From a virus, in the IMG/VR virus record IMGVR_UViG_3300033571_014591, positions 4,185 to 68,184 of that record: a stretch of 64,000 nt of DNA. One strand, given 5' to 3'. Position numbers and translations under genes: made by a program. The notes under the pieces are model-generated. The model was given only the letters and a program-made list of their open reading frames with translations, searched no databases and had not been told where the DNA came from. Below, one piece after another: positions 1 to 8,841 of this stretch (position 1 is its first letter; each line of letters opens with the position of its first letter).

Positions 1-1866
1 TTCAAGCTTGCCGTTCTCGATGTATCCAATGTAACGGCTGCTAATGGTCTGTAGTTCACGGAACTCCAGCACTGACGGGTAGACCCTGTCCTCTGGGTGG
101 CGTCCCATGAGCTTCTTAATGGCCTTCTCGTCTGTAGTGGGCTTCTTCTCATCTCCCTTGCCTACGAAGATAAGGGGATGCTTCTTGGCCTGCTGATACT
201 TGATGATGCCCTTGGTGGAGGGGACAAACCGCCCCATCTTGGCCCACCGCTTCTCTCCCTCTAGTCGTTCGACGGGGTGAGCTCCTGCACAGGGGTTGGA
301 TTCGACCTCTGTGTAGAGTTGCCCTTCACAAGGGTTAGGTGACTTCTTGCTGGCTTTGACGTGGGCTGCTGTCCATTTGGAGCCGCACCGGGTGCACTGT
401 TTGACTGGCTTTGCCTTGAAGTGAGCTTTCTTCGGGGCGCTTTCGTTGCAGGCAGAGCAGTAGATGTTAGTGATTCCATTAAAAGTGACCTCTGTAAGTC
501 CTGACGTGTCCTTAGGGGGCTTCTTGTAGCCCTCTTTGGGAGTAATCGGCTTAATGCTCTGAGGAACCAGTGAATTAATGCGCTCAAGGACTTCAGCTTT
601 CTTCTCTGTGAGCATTTGTGCTGAGTTGAAGCGCATCTTTGCGTCAATCGGCATGCCTGCCCGAGTCATCTCGGCGTAGACTGGGTCCAATTCGAGCACG
701 AATTCCTGGTACACACGGTAAAGGTTGTGCTTCTTCAGTAGCTCAATGGTGCCTCTCAGGTTGGACCCTGCTGAGTCCGCATCGACAGCGTTGTAGAAGG
801 CTGGCTGGGAACCCGACAGGTGCTTCCACATGCGTAGGTTCTTGCGGAACCACGGCGTGACGAAGTTCAGGGACTTCTTCAGGTCACTATTGAGGATGTG
901 CCATGCGTCCATGCCGTCATGGGATGCGCCCCCGATGGTGATACCCTGCGAAATGATGCGTGGTTGGTCATAAGAACCGTTCCACCAGCACTTGGCAGCG
1001 GGATGGTTCAGCAACCGTTCATGAACCAAGCGATAAGGACCATCCCAAGGAATCGAGAGAGCATGTCCATCACGATAAGAATAGCCACACCGCAGAATAA
1101 TGTAGTCGCTATTTGATTCAAGATCCAGCTCGGCCTCGTCAGCATCTTTTCCTGGAGTCTCGATGTCAGCTGAGAGAAATAGGTCAGGATGCGATTCATA
1201 GTATTCCTCGAATTTATTGACCCATTCGTGGGCTTCAGCTGGTGTGCAGTCTAGGGTGTAATCCCCGACTTCGTAGGAGTAGCCGTAACGGGCGTTTTCA
1301 ACAGCACGCTGCAGGCAGAAGATCAATGACTGCGCCCATGCCGTCTGGCCTCGCAGGATGAAGCTTGGGTGCACAGTAGGAGTGACCCAGCAGTTGTACT
1401 TCTCGCTCCAGAAGGTGTAGCCTACGACCCCCTTGCTCTTCTTGGAGTCTAGTAGGCCTACACCGTGCTGATTGGCGATCTCAGGTAGTACACGGTGGAA
1501 TGCCGTAGCGCCTAACGTGACAATGGCCTTGGGTTTCATTTCTGTGATGGCCTTGTCAAGGTTAGGCGAGCAGTGGTTGATAGCGTCCTGCATGTACCAC
1601 ATACCGGCCAGTTTGTTGGCTGGCGGTTGGCAAAACAGGACGTTAGCAACCCTGAACTCTTCACGGTTAAGTCCTCCGCGCTGCAGGAGCTTATCAAGGG
1701 TGAAGCCAGCTTTGCCTACGAAGGGCTTGCCAGCCGCTGCTTCGTCTGCACCGAGGGCTTCACCGATGATAAGAACTCCATTAGAGCCGGTACCGGTCAC
1801 CTCCATGAACCCGGTACCGGAGCTCTGTAGCGCACATCCATTGCACGACGACGGTTTGTTAAGCAA
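1..1866 (-). CDS. polA: Family A DNA polymerase with N-terminal family-4 uracil-DNA glycosylase domain and 3'-5' exonuclease (3'-truncated by window edge)
   Basis: Not in the ORF track; translated by hand from TTG at 1866 (AAGGAG upstream), open to base 1. UDG motifs CNGC, IIGEALG, PFVGKAG, NVLFCQPP, VHPS; exonuclease motifs SADIET, WWNGSYD, YNAVDAD; then AGMPID and PTTDEKAI thumb-region motifs. Confidence 0.9.
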   Translation of the reverse strand, partial: MLNKPSSCNGCALQSSGTGFMEVTGTGSNGVLIIGEALGADEAAAGKPFVGKAGFTLDKLLQRGGLNREEFRVANVLFCQPPANKLAGMWYMQDAINHCSPNLDKAITEMKPKAIVTLGATAFHRVLPEIANQHGVGLLDSKKSKGVVGYTFWSEKYNCWVTPTVHPSFILRGQTAWAQSLIFCLQRAVENARYGYSYEVGDYTLDCTPAEAHEWVNKFEEYYESHPDLFLSADIETPGKDADEAELDLESNSDYIILRCGYSYRDGHALSIPWDGPYRLVHERLLNHPAAKCWWNGSYDQPRIISQGITIGGASHDGMDAWHILNSDLKKSLNFVTPWFRKNLRMWKHLSGSQPAFYNAVDADSAGSNLRGTIELLKKHNLYRVYQEFVLELDPVYAEMTRAGMPIDAKMRFNSAQMLTEKKAEVLERINSLVPQSIKPITPKEGYKKPPKDTSGLTEVTFNGITNIYCSACNESAPKKAHFKAKPVKQCTRCGSKWTAAHVKASKKSPNPCEGQLYTEVESNPCAGAHPVERLEGEKRWAKMGRFVPSTKGIIKYQQAKKHPLIFVGKGDEKKPTTDEKAIKKLMGRHPEDRVYPSVLEFRELQTISSRYIGYIENGKLE

Positions 1867-1867
1867 T

Positions 1868-2476
1868 CTATCTCCTTAGTTGCTTAACATTATATGCATC
1901 AACTGTTCCCTGAGCAATCGCCAATGCTACGGTTGTCCACAATACAGCCTTTGGGTGCTTCTCTTTCTGTGATGACAACCAGAGTGCAATGCCGGTGTGC
2001 ATAGCGCCCTTGACGGCCATGGCTGTGACAATACCGTGGCGGTCAACAATGGGGCGCAGGACGGGGTTCTGTTCGCTGCACTTGTTGGCTCCGTGGCACC
2101 AGGAGGTAACACTGGTGTCAATGAAGGCAGCCGTGCCGTAGGCGAAGAACGCGGCCTTAGTTGCTGCTGAGGTCCGTGTCTTCGTCGGCGCTGAATCCAT
2201 CGGGGTGTTGATTACTGTCCAGTTCCAGATCGATTCCAGCGGAAGTGGGCTGTAGAACCTCGCTTCCGGCTCTGCTGGGAGTGTCGTCCCACTCAGGGGG
2301 AGGGGCCGCAAAGAATCCGTCTTCGGTAATGACGGCTCCACCCGTGCTCCCAGTGACGTTACTTCCAGCGTCAGCTGCGGCTGTGCCCATGTTAGCGTTG
2401 AGGCTGGTGGCAACAGGAGCATCACTAGGGGGAGCAACGACTTTCTTAGGCTTGACAGGACGAATGAGCTTCTCAT
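1868..2476 (-). CDS. Hypothetical membrane protein (start uncertain)
   Basis: C-terminal half has hydrophobic helices and an EQNPVLRP motif; its stop abuts the polA start. The 5' part overlaps another plausible ORF. Confidence 0.55.
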   Translation of the reverse strand: MRSSFVLSSLRKSLLPLVMLLLPPASTLTWAQPQLTLEVTSLGARVEPSLPKTDSLRPLPLSGTTLPAEPEARFYSPLPLESIWNWTVINTPMDSAPTKTRTSAATKAAFFAYGTAAFIDTSVTSWCHGANKCSEQNPVLRPIVDRHGIVTAMAVKGAMHTGIALWLSSQKEKHPKAVLWTTVALAIAQGTVDAYNVKQLRR

Positions 2477-2567
2477 AGATTTCTTTTCCTTCTGTAGAGA
2501 GTGTGTTAGCGAGCTGGTCTTCCAACCAATACTGCTGCTTCTGAGTGAGACTAAGAACGAGTGCCAC
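2157..2567 (-). CDS. Hypothetical protein with acidic disordered tail
   Basis: GTG at 2567 is preceded by AGGAG; lies within track ORF 2157..2624. Confidence 0.5.
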   Translation of the reverse strand: MALVLSLTQKQQYWLEDQLANTLSTEGKEIYEKLIRPVKPKKVVAPPSDAPVATSLNANMGTAAADAGSNVTGSTGGAVITEDGFFAAPPPEWDDTPSRAGSEVLQPTSAGIDLELDSNQHPDGFSADEDTDLSSN

Positions 2568-2601
2568 GATAGATTCTCCTAAGCTAAAGTGCAGCCCTGC
2601 A

Positions 2602-2796
2602 TTAGTTGTTGCATACAGGGTCAAACGGACAGCGACCTGTGACGTAGCAGGAGCCGTGGCCCCTGCAAGGATTGCCTTCAGCCTTCATTCGGTAGAGCAG
2701 GGCTAGAATCAGGCGTTGAGTCCCCTGCTGAGGATCCACTTGCAGGGCTTCGTTCAGCATCTCCTGTGCTTTCTTCTGCATCCATTCCTGTGACAT
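2602..2796 (-). CDS. Small Cys-rich hypothetical protein
   Basis: Track ORF; C-terminal CRGHGSC..C...C; GGAG upstream. Confidence 0.5.
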   Translation of the reverse strand: MSQEWMQKKAQEMLNEALQVDPQQGTQRLILALLYRMKAEGNPCRGHGSCYVTGRCPFDPVCNN

Positions 2797-3043
2797 GTGA
2801 CGGCTCCTGTAGTGAGGCTACGTAGCGTGTGTATTCCTTGGCGACCCAATCAACAATTAATCGGCTGCCTGCTGTAAGGCCTGCCGTGGGTGCTTCGATG
2901 CCTTGGAGATGCTGGTACGCTGCATTTGCATAAATCCTGCCAGCGCTGCGGCGGAACTTTCGCGGCACCTCGCCCAGGATTTGTCCAATGGCTCTCTCGC
3001 TGAGGACACGCAGGACAGCCTTAGTGGACTGTTTAGATGACAT
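2678..3043 (-). CDS. Hypothetical protein
   Basis: ATG at 3043 with GAGGA upstream, overlapping the end of the preceding ORF. Confidence 0.5.
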   Translation of the reverse strand: MSSKQSTKAVLRVLSERAIGQILGEVPRKFRRSAGRIYANAAYQHLQGIEAPTAGLTAGSRLIVDWVAKEYTRYVASLQEPSHVTGMDAEESTGDAERSPASGSSAGDSTPDSSPALPNEG

Positions 3044-3206
3044 AGTCGTCCTCACCTGCGGACATCTCTTCAACGATGGCGGCCAGGAACTGGTCGGCGT
3101 CAGTGATTTCTTCAATGCGGGGGGCTGGTGCAGTGAAGTTGATGCTCTTGATCTTGAGGTCGGTTGAAGCAGGAACAAACGAAATGGACTTAATCTTGAG
3201 GTTCAT
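3033..3206 (-). CDS. Small acidic protein with internal LKIKSI repeat
   Basis: ATG at 3206 with GGAG; LKIKSISF and LKIKSINF duplicated. Confidence 0.55.
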   Translation of the reverse strand: MNLKIKSISFVPASTDLKIKSINFTAPAPRIEEITDADQFLAAIVEEMSAGEDDYVI

Positions 3207-3250
3207 GTGAGACTCCAATATAAAGGTTATAGGTACAGTAAAAGAGGGGT

Positions 3251-3293
3251 GAAAATGAAAACCCCCGAGCAGTGGGAGGAGACTGCTCAGGGG
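3251..3293 (-). terminator. Rho-independent terminator
   Basis: Minus strand CCCCTGAGCAGT-loop-ACTGCTCGGGGG followed by TTTTCATTTT. Confidence 0.75.
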
Positions 3294-3336
3294 CTCTCAA
3301 CAGGCGCAGGTAAGTTCTGCACCCTCTCAGGCGCAG

Positions 3337-3462
3337 CTAAGGATGGAGCTTAGCGGTGCCAGAGTCTGTAGATGGCTTGACCTCAGGAGTAGGCCGACCC
3401 CGCTCTAGAGCAGTGCGGCGTTCTGGGTCAATACGTGGATCCATCGGACGGTTGAAACTCAT
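3337..3462 (-). CDS. 41-aa hypothetical protein
   Basis: Hand-translated MSFNRPMDPRIDPERR...; GAGGA RBS. Confidence 0.45.
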   Translation of the reverse strand: MSFNRPMDPRIDPERRTALERGRPTPEVKPSTDSGTAKLHP

Positions 3463-3469
3463 GTGGTCC

Positions 3470-3640
3470 TCAGGATCGTGGGTCGATTGCAGGCTCAATG
3501 TAGTCGCACTTGCCGCACATCAAAACCGAGCCTGAGGCATGAACCCCAAGACGCCCGTGTGAGGGGTCATTGGCGCAGAGCCGCCCCGTGGTGGGGTTGC
3601 TCTGCTGCATGTCAAGTGCATGAACCAATGAGGTGGACAT
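3470..3640 (-). CDS. 56-aa putative zinc-binding protein
   Basis: Hand-translated; TAATG coupling with the upstream gene; C-x5-H ... CGKC. Confidence 0.5.
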   Translation of the reverse strand: MSTSLVHALDMQQSNPTTGRLCANDPSHGRLGVHASGSVLMCGKCDYIEPAIDPRS

Positions 3641-4257
3641 TAAGCGTTCTTCTGGAATGCGCTAACGAAGTAGCGAACCTTGCCGTTGGCAAACCAGCGC
3701 TTGCTGGAGTCAAACTCGTCCTTGATCCAGGACTGGGGATTGCCGTTGGCGTCCTTGGGGAAGTTCTCGGCCCCAGTGGTGTTCTCCTGCGTGTCCTTGT
3801 TGTAGGCCTCCCAGACGAGCTGGAACTGGAACGGACGGCCTACTGCGGTCTTGAGGATGGCGCGGAGTTCAGCCTCGCTCTTGGGACGGGCATCAATGCC
3901 GCACGCACGGAGGAAGTCCATGACCTGCGAGCCGTTGCGCTTGGCGTACTTCTTTGAGGAGAGGCGGGTGAAGCGGACCTGATAGCCATTGGCCTGTGGG
4001 TCCATGATCTCAATGCTGTCGAGGACGACCTTCAGGTAGCCCTCCTGTGTGCGGCCGAAGGCGTTGTTGGGGCCGGTGACATCTGTGCCGTCATCGGGCA
4101 GCGATGTCAGACGACCGGTGTAGCGCCCTTCAGCGGGAGGGGCGAAGGACTTTGTTGGACCAGCAGAACCGCCATCCTCGTAGTTGTCGAAGTCGAGAAT
4201 GTCGAAGGGGGTGAGGTCCATCTGCGCTACGTTTGCATCCATTTTTCTAATCTCCAA
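3640..4257 (-). CDS. Putative ssDNA-binding protein (DUF669-like)
   Basis: PAEGRY motif and beta-rich sequence; follows the AAA ATPase and Cas4-like nuclease as in Sak4-type recombination modules. Confidence 0.6.
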   Translation of the reverse strand: MEIRKMDANVAQMDLTPFDILDFDNYEDGGSAGPTKSFAPPAEGRYTGRLTSLPDDGTDVTGPNNAFGRTQEGYLKVVLDSIEIMDPQANGYQVRFTRLSSKKYAKRNGSQVMDFLRACGIDARPKSEAELRAILKTAVGRPFQFQLVWEAYNKDTQENTTGAENFPKDANGNPQSWIKDEFDSSKRWFANGKVRYFVSAFQKNA

Positions 4258-4294
4258 TTAAAGTTAACAAAGACGACAAAGAAAGAAGGTGAAA

Positions 4295-5206
4295 TCAGAG
4301 TCCAAGGCGGCGTTTGATTTCGTCTTCCGCTGCTGACTGCCGTTTATCGAGCAGCTCCAAGACTGTGACCAGTGAGGCTGGCTCAATCTTCTGTGGTACT
4401 GCAACCGCCGTGCCAGATAGTGGCACCCGGCTGTTTGAGATGCCCTGAGCTAGACCCTTGGACTGCATCTCAACGTGTCGATCAGTATACAGCACGTGCT
4501 TGGCTGCCTGACCGGGTAAAACTTCGACGCCAATGCGGAAAGTGTACTTGAACCAGCGGGGGACTTCGCCTGCTTGGGCCTTGCCTGCCGTCTGGGGGCC
4601 GACAACCCCGCCGTTGGCGTCATCTTCACCTCGCCGGTCGCCAGCCGTCCAGAGCACGATGCCGGGGAGGAACTGGCTCTGCGTGGACTTCTCAAAGACC
4701 TGCTGCTGGACGACTGAGTAATGCGCCATGTTGTTGCTGCCGATCTTGAGATCTCGGTCGCCGTTGACGCCCTTGACGGTAAAGCTGAAGGCACCCCCGC
4801 CGCCGACATTGACGCCCTTGGAGGCTGCGTCCGATAACCAAGACATTTCGGCGTCAGCCATGGAGGTCATGCCCTCAAAAGCGTACAGGCCGATCTCGGC
4901 ATCAACGCCAGGAGCCCACTTGCCGTCAACGAGCTTGTCGCCGCGCACTGCGTGGTCAATCCAGCTGAAGGGTTCACCGAACATGGGGATTGCGTCGATG
5001 ATGCCTAGCTTAACATAAGGCTTGATTGTTTCCCAGCCGCCTCGGTCTGCACTGTAGAGGCGAGTGCGAAGCTTGCGAGTTTTGAAGATGTATTCGGCCA
5101 GTTCACCAATCTGGGCCGTCTTGCCTGCACCAGTGGGGCCAAACAGGAGGATCGTGTTGTTATCGCTGACGACGATTTTGTTGGCGACGTGGTTTGTGAG
5201 TGACAT
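4295..5206 (-). CDS. AAA/RecA-like ATPase (Sak4/AAA_24-like)
   Basis: Walker A LLFGPTGAGKT; gene context. Confidence 0.75.
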   Translation of the reverse strand: MSLTNHVANKIVVSDNNTILLFGPTGAGKTAQIGELAEYIFKTRKLRTRLYSADRGGWETIKPYVKLGIIDAIPMFGEPFSWIDHAVRGDKLVDGKWAPGVDAEIGLYAFEGMTSMADAEMSWLSDAASKGVNVGGGGAFSFTVKGVNGDRDLKIGSNNMAHYSVVQQQVFEKSTQSQFLPGIVLWTAGDRRGEDDANGGVVGPQTAGKAQAGEVPRWFKYTFRIGVEVLPGQAAKHVLYTDRHVEMQSKGLAQGISNSRVPLSGTAVAVPQKIEPASLVTVLELLDKRQSAAEDEIKRRLGL

Positions 5207-5219
5207 GCAGTTCCTTGGT

Positions 5220-5444
5220 TTAGTTTGATTCAGTTTGGTCTAATGAGTTGAGTATGGTGCTGAATTCATGACGTAGTAGTGTGACTGCATATTGTATGCC
5301 GTCAATCTTGCCTAACCGGAAAATAATGTAACCTCCTAACCCTGCGATCGCTGCGCTCAGCAGAGGGTGAATCAGGGCACCGACCATGGCACCCACAGCG
5401 GCAACTGTGTTGATGACGATTGCAGTCTTTTCTGTTCGGCTCAT
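5220..5444 (-). CDS. Small two-TM membrane protein
   Basis: Two hydrophobic segments; overlaps the methyltransferase stop. Confidence 0.55.
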   Translation of the reverse strand: MSRTEKTAIVINTVAAVGAMVGALIHPLLSAAIAGLGGYIIFRLGKIDGIQYAVTLLRHEFSTILNSLDQTESN

Positions 5445-6028
5445 AGATTACTCCATTGAGAGGCCATGGCGTGGGCAATTCCCTCATAGGTGATAGAGCG
5501 CAGTTTCCACCGGTCTTCTGAGGGGCCAAGCTTGTTCTGCCCTGAGGGGGTCTGATTGTCCCAACGACCTGATTCTGGCAGAGCCAGCACGTTTGTGGGC
5601 TGCAGCAGGGGCAACCCTTTAAGCCAGAGGCATGTGGACTTGGATTCAGGATGTCCGAACTGCCAAGGTTGAATGATCTGGTCAGGTTTGCGGTAGAGCC
5701 TGCTCATGATGCCAATGGGGTTCTCTACTGCAATGCGGTCGATGGACGCTGAGGCTAGCTTCATGAAGAAGTCAATTGATGCCTGCTGACGCCCATCTGC
5801 CTGCTTGGTTTTGAACCACTTGGCCCCTGAGACTGCAAGGTCTGTGCAAGGTGGGTGGGCAATCATTAGGTCCCACTCACGGTCAAGGACTTCAAGCACA
5901 TCACCCTGCATATGATGATGTGAGTTGTCCTCAGCAGGGAGCAGGTCGCAGCTCCATGCTTCGTGGCCCAGGTTTGCAAAAGCACGCCTGACTACTCCGC
6001 TAAACTCACAGGCAACCAGGACGCGCAT
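5441..6028 (-). CDS. Phage DNA cytosine-5 methyltransferase (short type)
   Basis: MRVLVACEFSG, SCDL, AHPPCT (catalytic PC), ENP, QPWQFGH, KSTCLWL, RSITYEGIA motifs. Confidence 0.9.
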   Translation of the reverse strand: MRVLVACEFSGVVRRAFANLGHEAWSCDLLPAEDNSHHHMQGDVLEVLDREWDLMIAHPPCTDLAVSGAKWFKTKQADGRQQASIDFFMKLASASIDRIAVENPIGIMSRLYRKPDQIIQPWQFGHPESKSTCLWLKGLPLLQPTNVLALPESGRWDNQTPSGQNKLGPSEDRWKLRSITYEGIAHAMASQWSNL

Positions 6029-6193
6029 TTAATCCTCCTCAATATGTTCGGTAATTTCAAGGTCTACAAAGTGCATAGGATGAGCAATAATATGAACTAC
6101 TGCAGCTGCGAAGGAGGTAAAAATGTGATCGTCTCCTTTTACTTCTGGGTCATCTGCACAGTCGTAGCAGTAATAGCGAACTTCATTGATCAT
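6029..6193 (-). CDS. 54-aa C2H2-like zinc-finger protein
   Basis: Hand-translated MINEVRYYCYDC...FTSFAAAVVHIIAH. Confidence 0.55.
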   Translation of the reverse strand: MINEVRYYCYDCADDPEVKGDDHIFTSFAAAVVHIIAHPMHFVDLEITEHIEED

Positions 6194-6356
6194 CCCAGGT
6201 CTCCTTAAGAGCTAATATGTCCTCTTCTGCCTTTATTAAGCAGTCAGGGCACATATACTGCTCCTCATCTTCATTTATAGTAGGGCACAACCAGTTGGGG
6301 TCAGTGCATCTGTAGTAGTTACCGCAATAACATATATGTTCAGTGAGGTCGCACAT
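6183..6356 (-). CDS. 57-aa Cys-rich protein
   Basis: Hand-translated MCDLTEHICYCG...CPDC; coupled to the nuclease stop. Confidence 0.5.
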   Translation of the reverse strand: MCDLTEHICYCGNYYRCTDPNWLCPTINEDEEQYMCPDCLIKAEEDILALKETWDDQ

Positions 6357-7444
6357 CATTCAACCTCCAACTCGCTGATGTAACGCTTGAAGAGACCTGA
6401 CCCCACCGGGTCGGCCTCGATGTGCGGAATCCAGCAGAGTTCTTCAAATTCACACCCGTAGCCGTAAGCTGGCTTGCAGTGTGAGAAGTTCTGCTTGTAG
6501 TGGGCTCTCAGGATGCCCTTGATGTCGTCAACTGTGGTGGCCTTTTGGAGGGCTTCTGAAGCATTGGCGACTTCAGCCTCCCGGATGAGCTGCTGGGCAA
6601 ACCACTCGGAGGCGATGTCCTCACGGTACATGATGGGTGCCGTCTGCGGGAACTGCTGACTGAGGAGTTCCTTGGGCATCTTGGCAACCCATTCTTCAAG
6701 GTCGGAGAATTCTTCGGCAGTGGAGAAGAGTTCCCAGCCTCGAGAGCGTTGGTATTCGTAGGAATACTGCGGCACCATGCCGAATTCCCTGTTGACCCAG
6801 CCGTAGTTGAAGATGGAGCGCTGAGTGTTGAGCTTTTCGTCCTTGTAGCCCTTGGAGAGGCCAATGACAATGCACCGCTCCACGTGGATATCTGCGGAGT
6901 GGTTAATGGCGTAAAGTGACGAATGCATCTGCACTGAGCGGCCCCAGGAGGCAATCCACTGCGGCTTGGTGGAGGAGGTGTTCTTGTAATCCACCATGCA
7001 GTAGTGGCCGTCGAACTTGGACTTGAGCAGAAGGTCTTGACGGGCGCGGAATTTAAAGCCTCCAGGGCAGTCGAGCTCAATCCACTTCTCAGCCTCAACA
7101 AGGTCGTATTCGGCCATCAGGAGAGGCCATACGGAGCGAATGAAGCCCCGCACTTGGCCCTCAACGAGTGCTGCCCAATCCCGGGCTGCGATCTGGTCCA
7201 TGCCGCTGTCGAGGGCAGCCTGACGCACAGTGGCGCGGAGTGCCGTGAAGTCCACTGTGGAGGTCTTGGCATAGTCTTCCAGGGCTTTGTGGACTAGATT
7301 GCCGTGCAGCAGGGGCCATGCATCACGAATGCACTGAAGACCCGTGCCGCCCCACTCCCTGCTGAGGTAGCGTTTGCGACGGCACTCTTCGTCGGACGAT
7401 GCGCGGGTGTAGCTAAACAGTCGGAGTGGTTTGGTTTCGCTCAT
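6356..7444 (-). CDS. PD-(D/E)XK Cas4-like exonuclease
   Basis: N-terminal C and GNLVH, E...ARQDLL...VDYK, Q...Y, C-terminal C-x7-C-x5-C Fe-S ligands. Confidence 0.85.
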   Translation of the reverse strand: MSETKPLRLFSYTRASSDEECRRKRYLSREWGGTGLQCIRDAWPLLHGNLVHKALEDYAKTSTVDFTALRATVRQAALDSGMDQIAARDWAALVEGQVRGFIRSVWPLLMAEYDLVEAEKWIELDCPGGFKFRARQDLLLKSKFDGHYCMVDYKNTSSTKPQWIASWGRSVQMHSSLYAINHSADIHVERCIVIGLSKGYKDEKLNTQRSIFNYGWVNREFGMVPQYSYEYQRSRGWELFSTAEEFSDLEEWVAKMPKELLSQQFPQTAPIMYREDIASEWFAQQLIREAEVANASEALQKATTVDDIKGILRAHYKQNFSHCKPAYGYGCEFEELCWIPHIEADPVGSGLFKRYISELEVE

Positions 7445-7601
7445 CTTTTAATCTCTCTAAGGCAGCTTCAGCCCGGTGCTGGGCACACACCCAATTGGCA
7501 CCGGGGTCGCAGCCGCACGGTCTGGCTGACTCATGATAAGTGGAGCATTCCCCTCCATCACAGCAGCTTTCGTTGAACACTTCAGTAGTTAGCTTGCCCA
7601 T
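7413..7601 (-). CDS. Small Cys-rich protein
   Basis: GGAG RBS; CC...C...CGC...C..H. Confidence 0.5.
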   Translation of the reverse strand: MGKLTTEVFNESCCDGGECSTYHESARPCGCDPGANWVCAQHRAEAALERLKDERNQTTPTV

Positions 7602-7673
7602 AGTTTAATTAGCTCCTGCAGCTGTTCGTCAGTGTACACTTGGCTCATGAAGTAGAGGAGGGGAAACTCCATT

Positions 7674-7871
7674 TTAGCCTACTTTTGAGCCCTGCGCTGG
7701 GCCTTTGAGGTCCACCAAAGTGGCGTCCTGAAGGAAGCGGTTGCGGTCAAACTGGGGGTTAATCAGAGTGAAGTAGCTTGCCATCTGCTCTGCATTAACC
7801 ATGCCGCCCCCCTGCTTGAGGAGGGCAGCGATTGCAATGAAGTGCTTCTTGGTGAACATTGGGTATGCCAT
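7674..7871 (-). CDS. Hypothetical phage protein
   Basis: AGGAGG RBS; TKKHF..IA and NPQFDRNRF motifs, a type common in phage early genes. Confidence 0.65.
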   Translation of the reverse strand: MAYPMFTKKHFIAIAALLKQGGGMVNAEQMASYFTLINPQFDRNRFLQDATLVDLKGPAQGSKVG

Positions 7872-7888
7872 GATTTAAGTCCTCCTAA

Positions 7889-8545
7889 TTAAACTGCGCG
7901 GAGCCAGTTAATCTGGCCCTTCTTGAGGTTCTTGCTGCCGTGGTAGACGAGTCCAATCTTGAGCTCACCGTTGATGGCAGGTGAGTCGTTGATGTTGCCG
8001 TCAATGTAGCCAGCGGCGATACGGTCACTGTCGGTGGCGAAGATTCTCGAATGTGATTTAGTTAAATCGATGTCCTTGTCCATGATGCCGCCAGCAGACT
8101 GGATAATCTGCAGATTGGACGGCACTCCATTGAAGTTCAGGTGCAGCGACTTCGTGTAGGCGTAGAACTTCTTCTCCGGGAAGAGTTCTGCCAGCTTAAT
8201 CCACACGTTCAGGTAGGCCTGATTGAAGAAGTCACCTGAATCGTGCAGCCGGATGGAGGTCTGCTTGATCTGCTTGAGGTCAGCAATGGCCTTGGCCCGG
8301 AAGTCTTTGAGGCTCTTTCGGATGATGCCCAGGTTGAATTCTCTGGTGGCTGCCACGGAGGGCATCACGTAGTAGCCTTGTCGGGCGTAGCAGACAGTGG
8401 CGCAGCCCCCGGCTTTGGGGCACACCGTGAAGCCGTCTGCGGAGCGAAAGGCTGGCAGGTTGAAGCTGACGGTGTTGGTTTTCTTCAGCTTGCTGTTGTT
8501 GAAGGACCATTTTAGGTTCAGTTTAGATTTCATGGTTGTGTTCAC
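7889..8545 (-). CDS. Gp88-like protein (radical-SAM-like Cys cluster)
   Basis: NSKL, FNLPA, CPKAGGCATVCYA, RLHDSGDF, YAYTK. Confidence 0.8.
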   Translation of the reverse strand: MNTTMKSKLNLKWSFNNSKLKKTNTVSFNLPAFRSADGFTVCPKAGGCATVCYARQGYYVMPSVAATREFNLGIIRKSLKDFRAKAIADLKQIKQTSIRLHDSGDFFNQAYLNVWIKLAELFPEKKFYAYTKSLHLNFNGVPSNLQIIQSAGGIMDKDIDLTKSHSRIFATDSDRIAAGYIDGNINDSPAINGELKIGLVYHGSKNLKKGQINWLRAV

Positions 8546-8673
8546 TCAGTTCTGATTTTCATCATCATCTAAATAGTTGTCCGCTGCAGCTCACTCATGG
8601 CTGGTCCTCCGACGCACGAAGTTGATCAACCACGCGCCAACCGCCACGCCGTAGGTGAATGACAACCAGTGGC

Positions 8674-8841
8674 TCATGTCCGGTCCTCCGGTGTCCTCAA
8701 CAAGGTTTCAGCGCCACGGCCCCACATCTCGTGCTTTTCCAGAAGGGATTCAGCCAGACCGACCGTGAGTGCCGTGAGTAGACCAGCCACCATAAAGAAC
8801 GGCCAGAACGCCAACCAGACGAGATAGCGCCACGTTCTCAT
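8674..8841 (-). CDS. Small membrane protein
   Basis: GGAGG RBS, one TM segment. Confidence 0.5.
   Translation of the reverse strand: MRTWRYLVWLAFWPFFMVAGLLTALTVGLAESLLEKHEMWGRGAETLLRTPEDRT

Noticed and set aside
261-1879. Track ORFs inside the first 1.9 kb
   Set aside because: All overlap the uninterrupted polymerase frame 1866 to 1, which the track missed because it has no stop in the window.
6356-7444. Cas4 as evidence of a CRISPR-Cas system
   Set aside because: Stand-alone phage exonuclease in an AAA/SSB recombination module; no cas1/cas2 or array.
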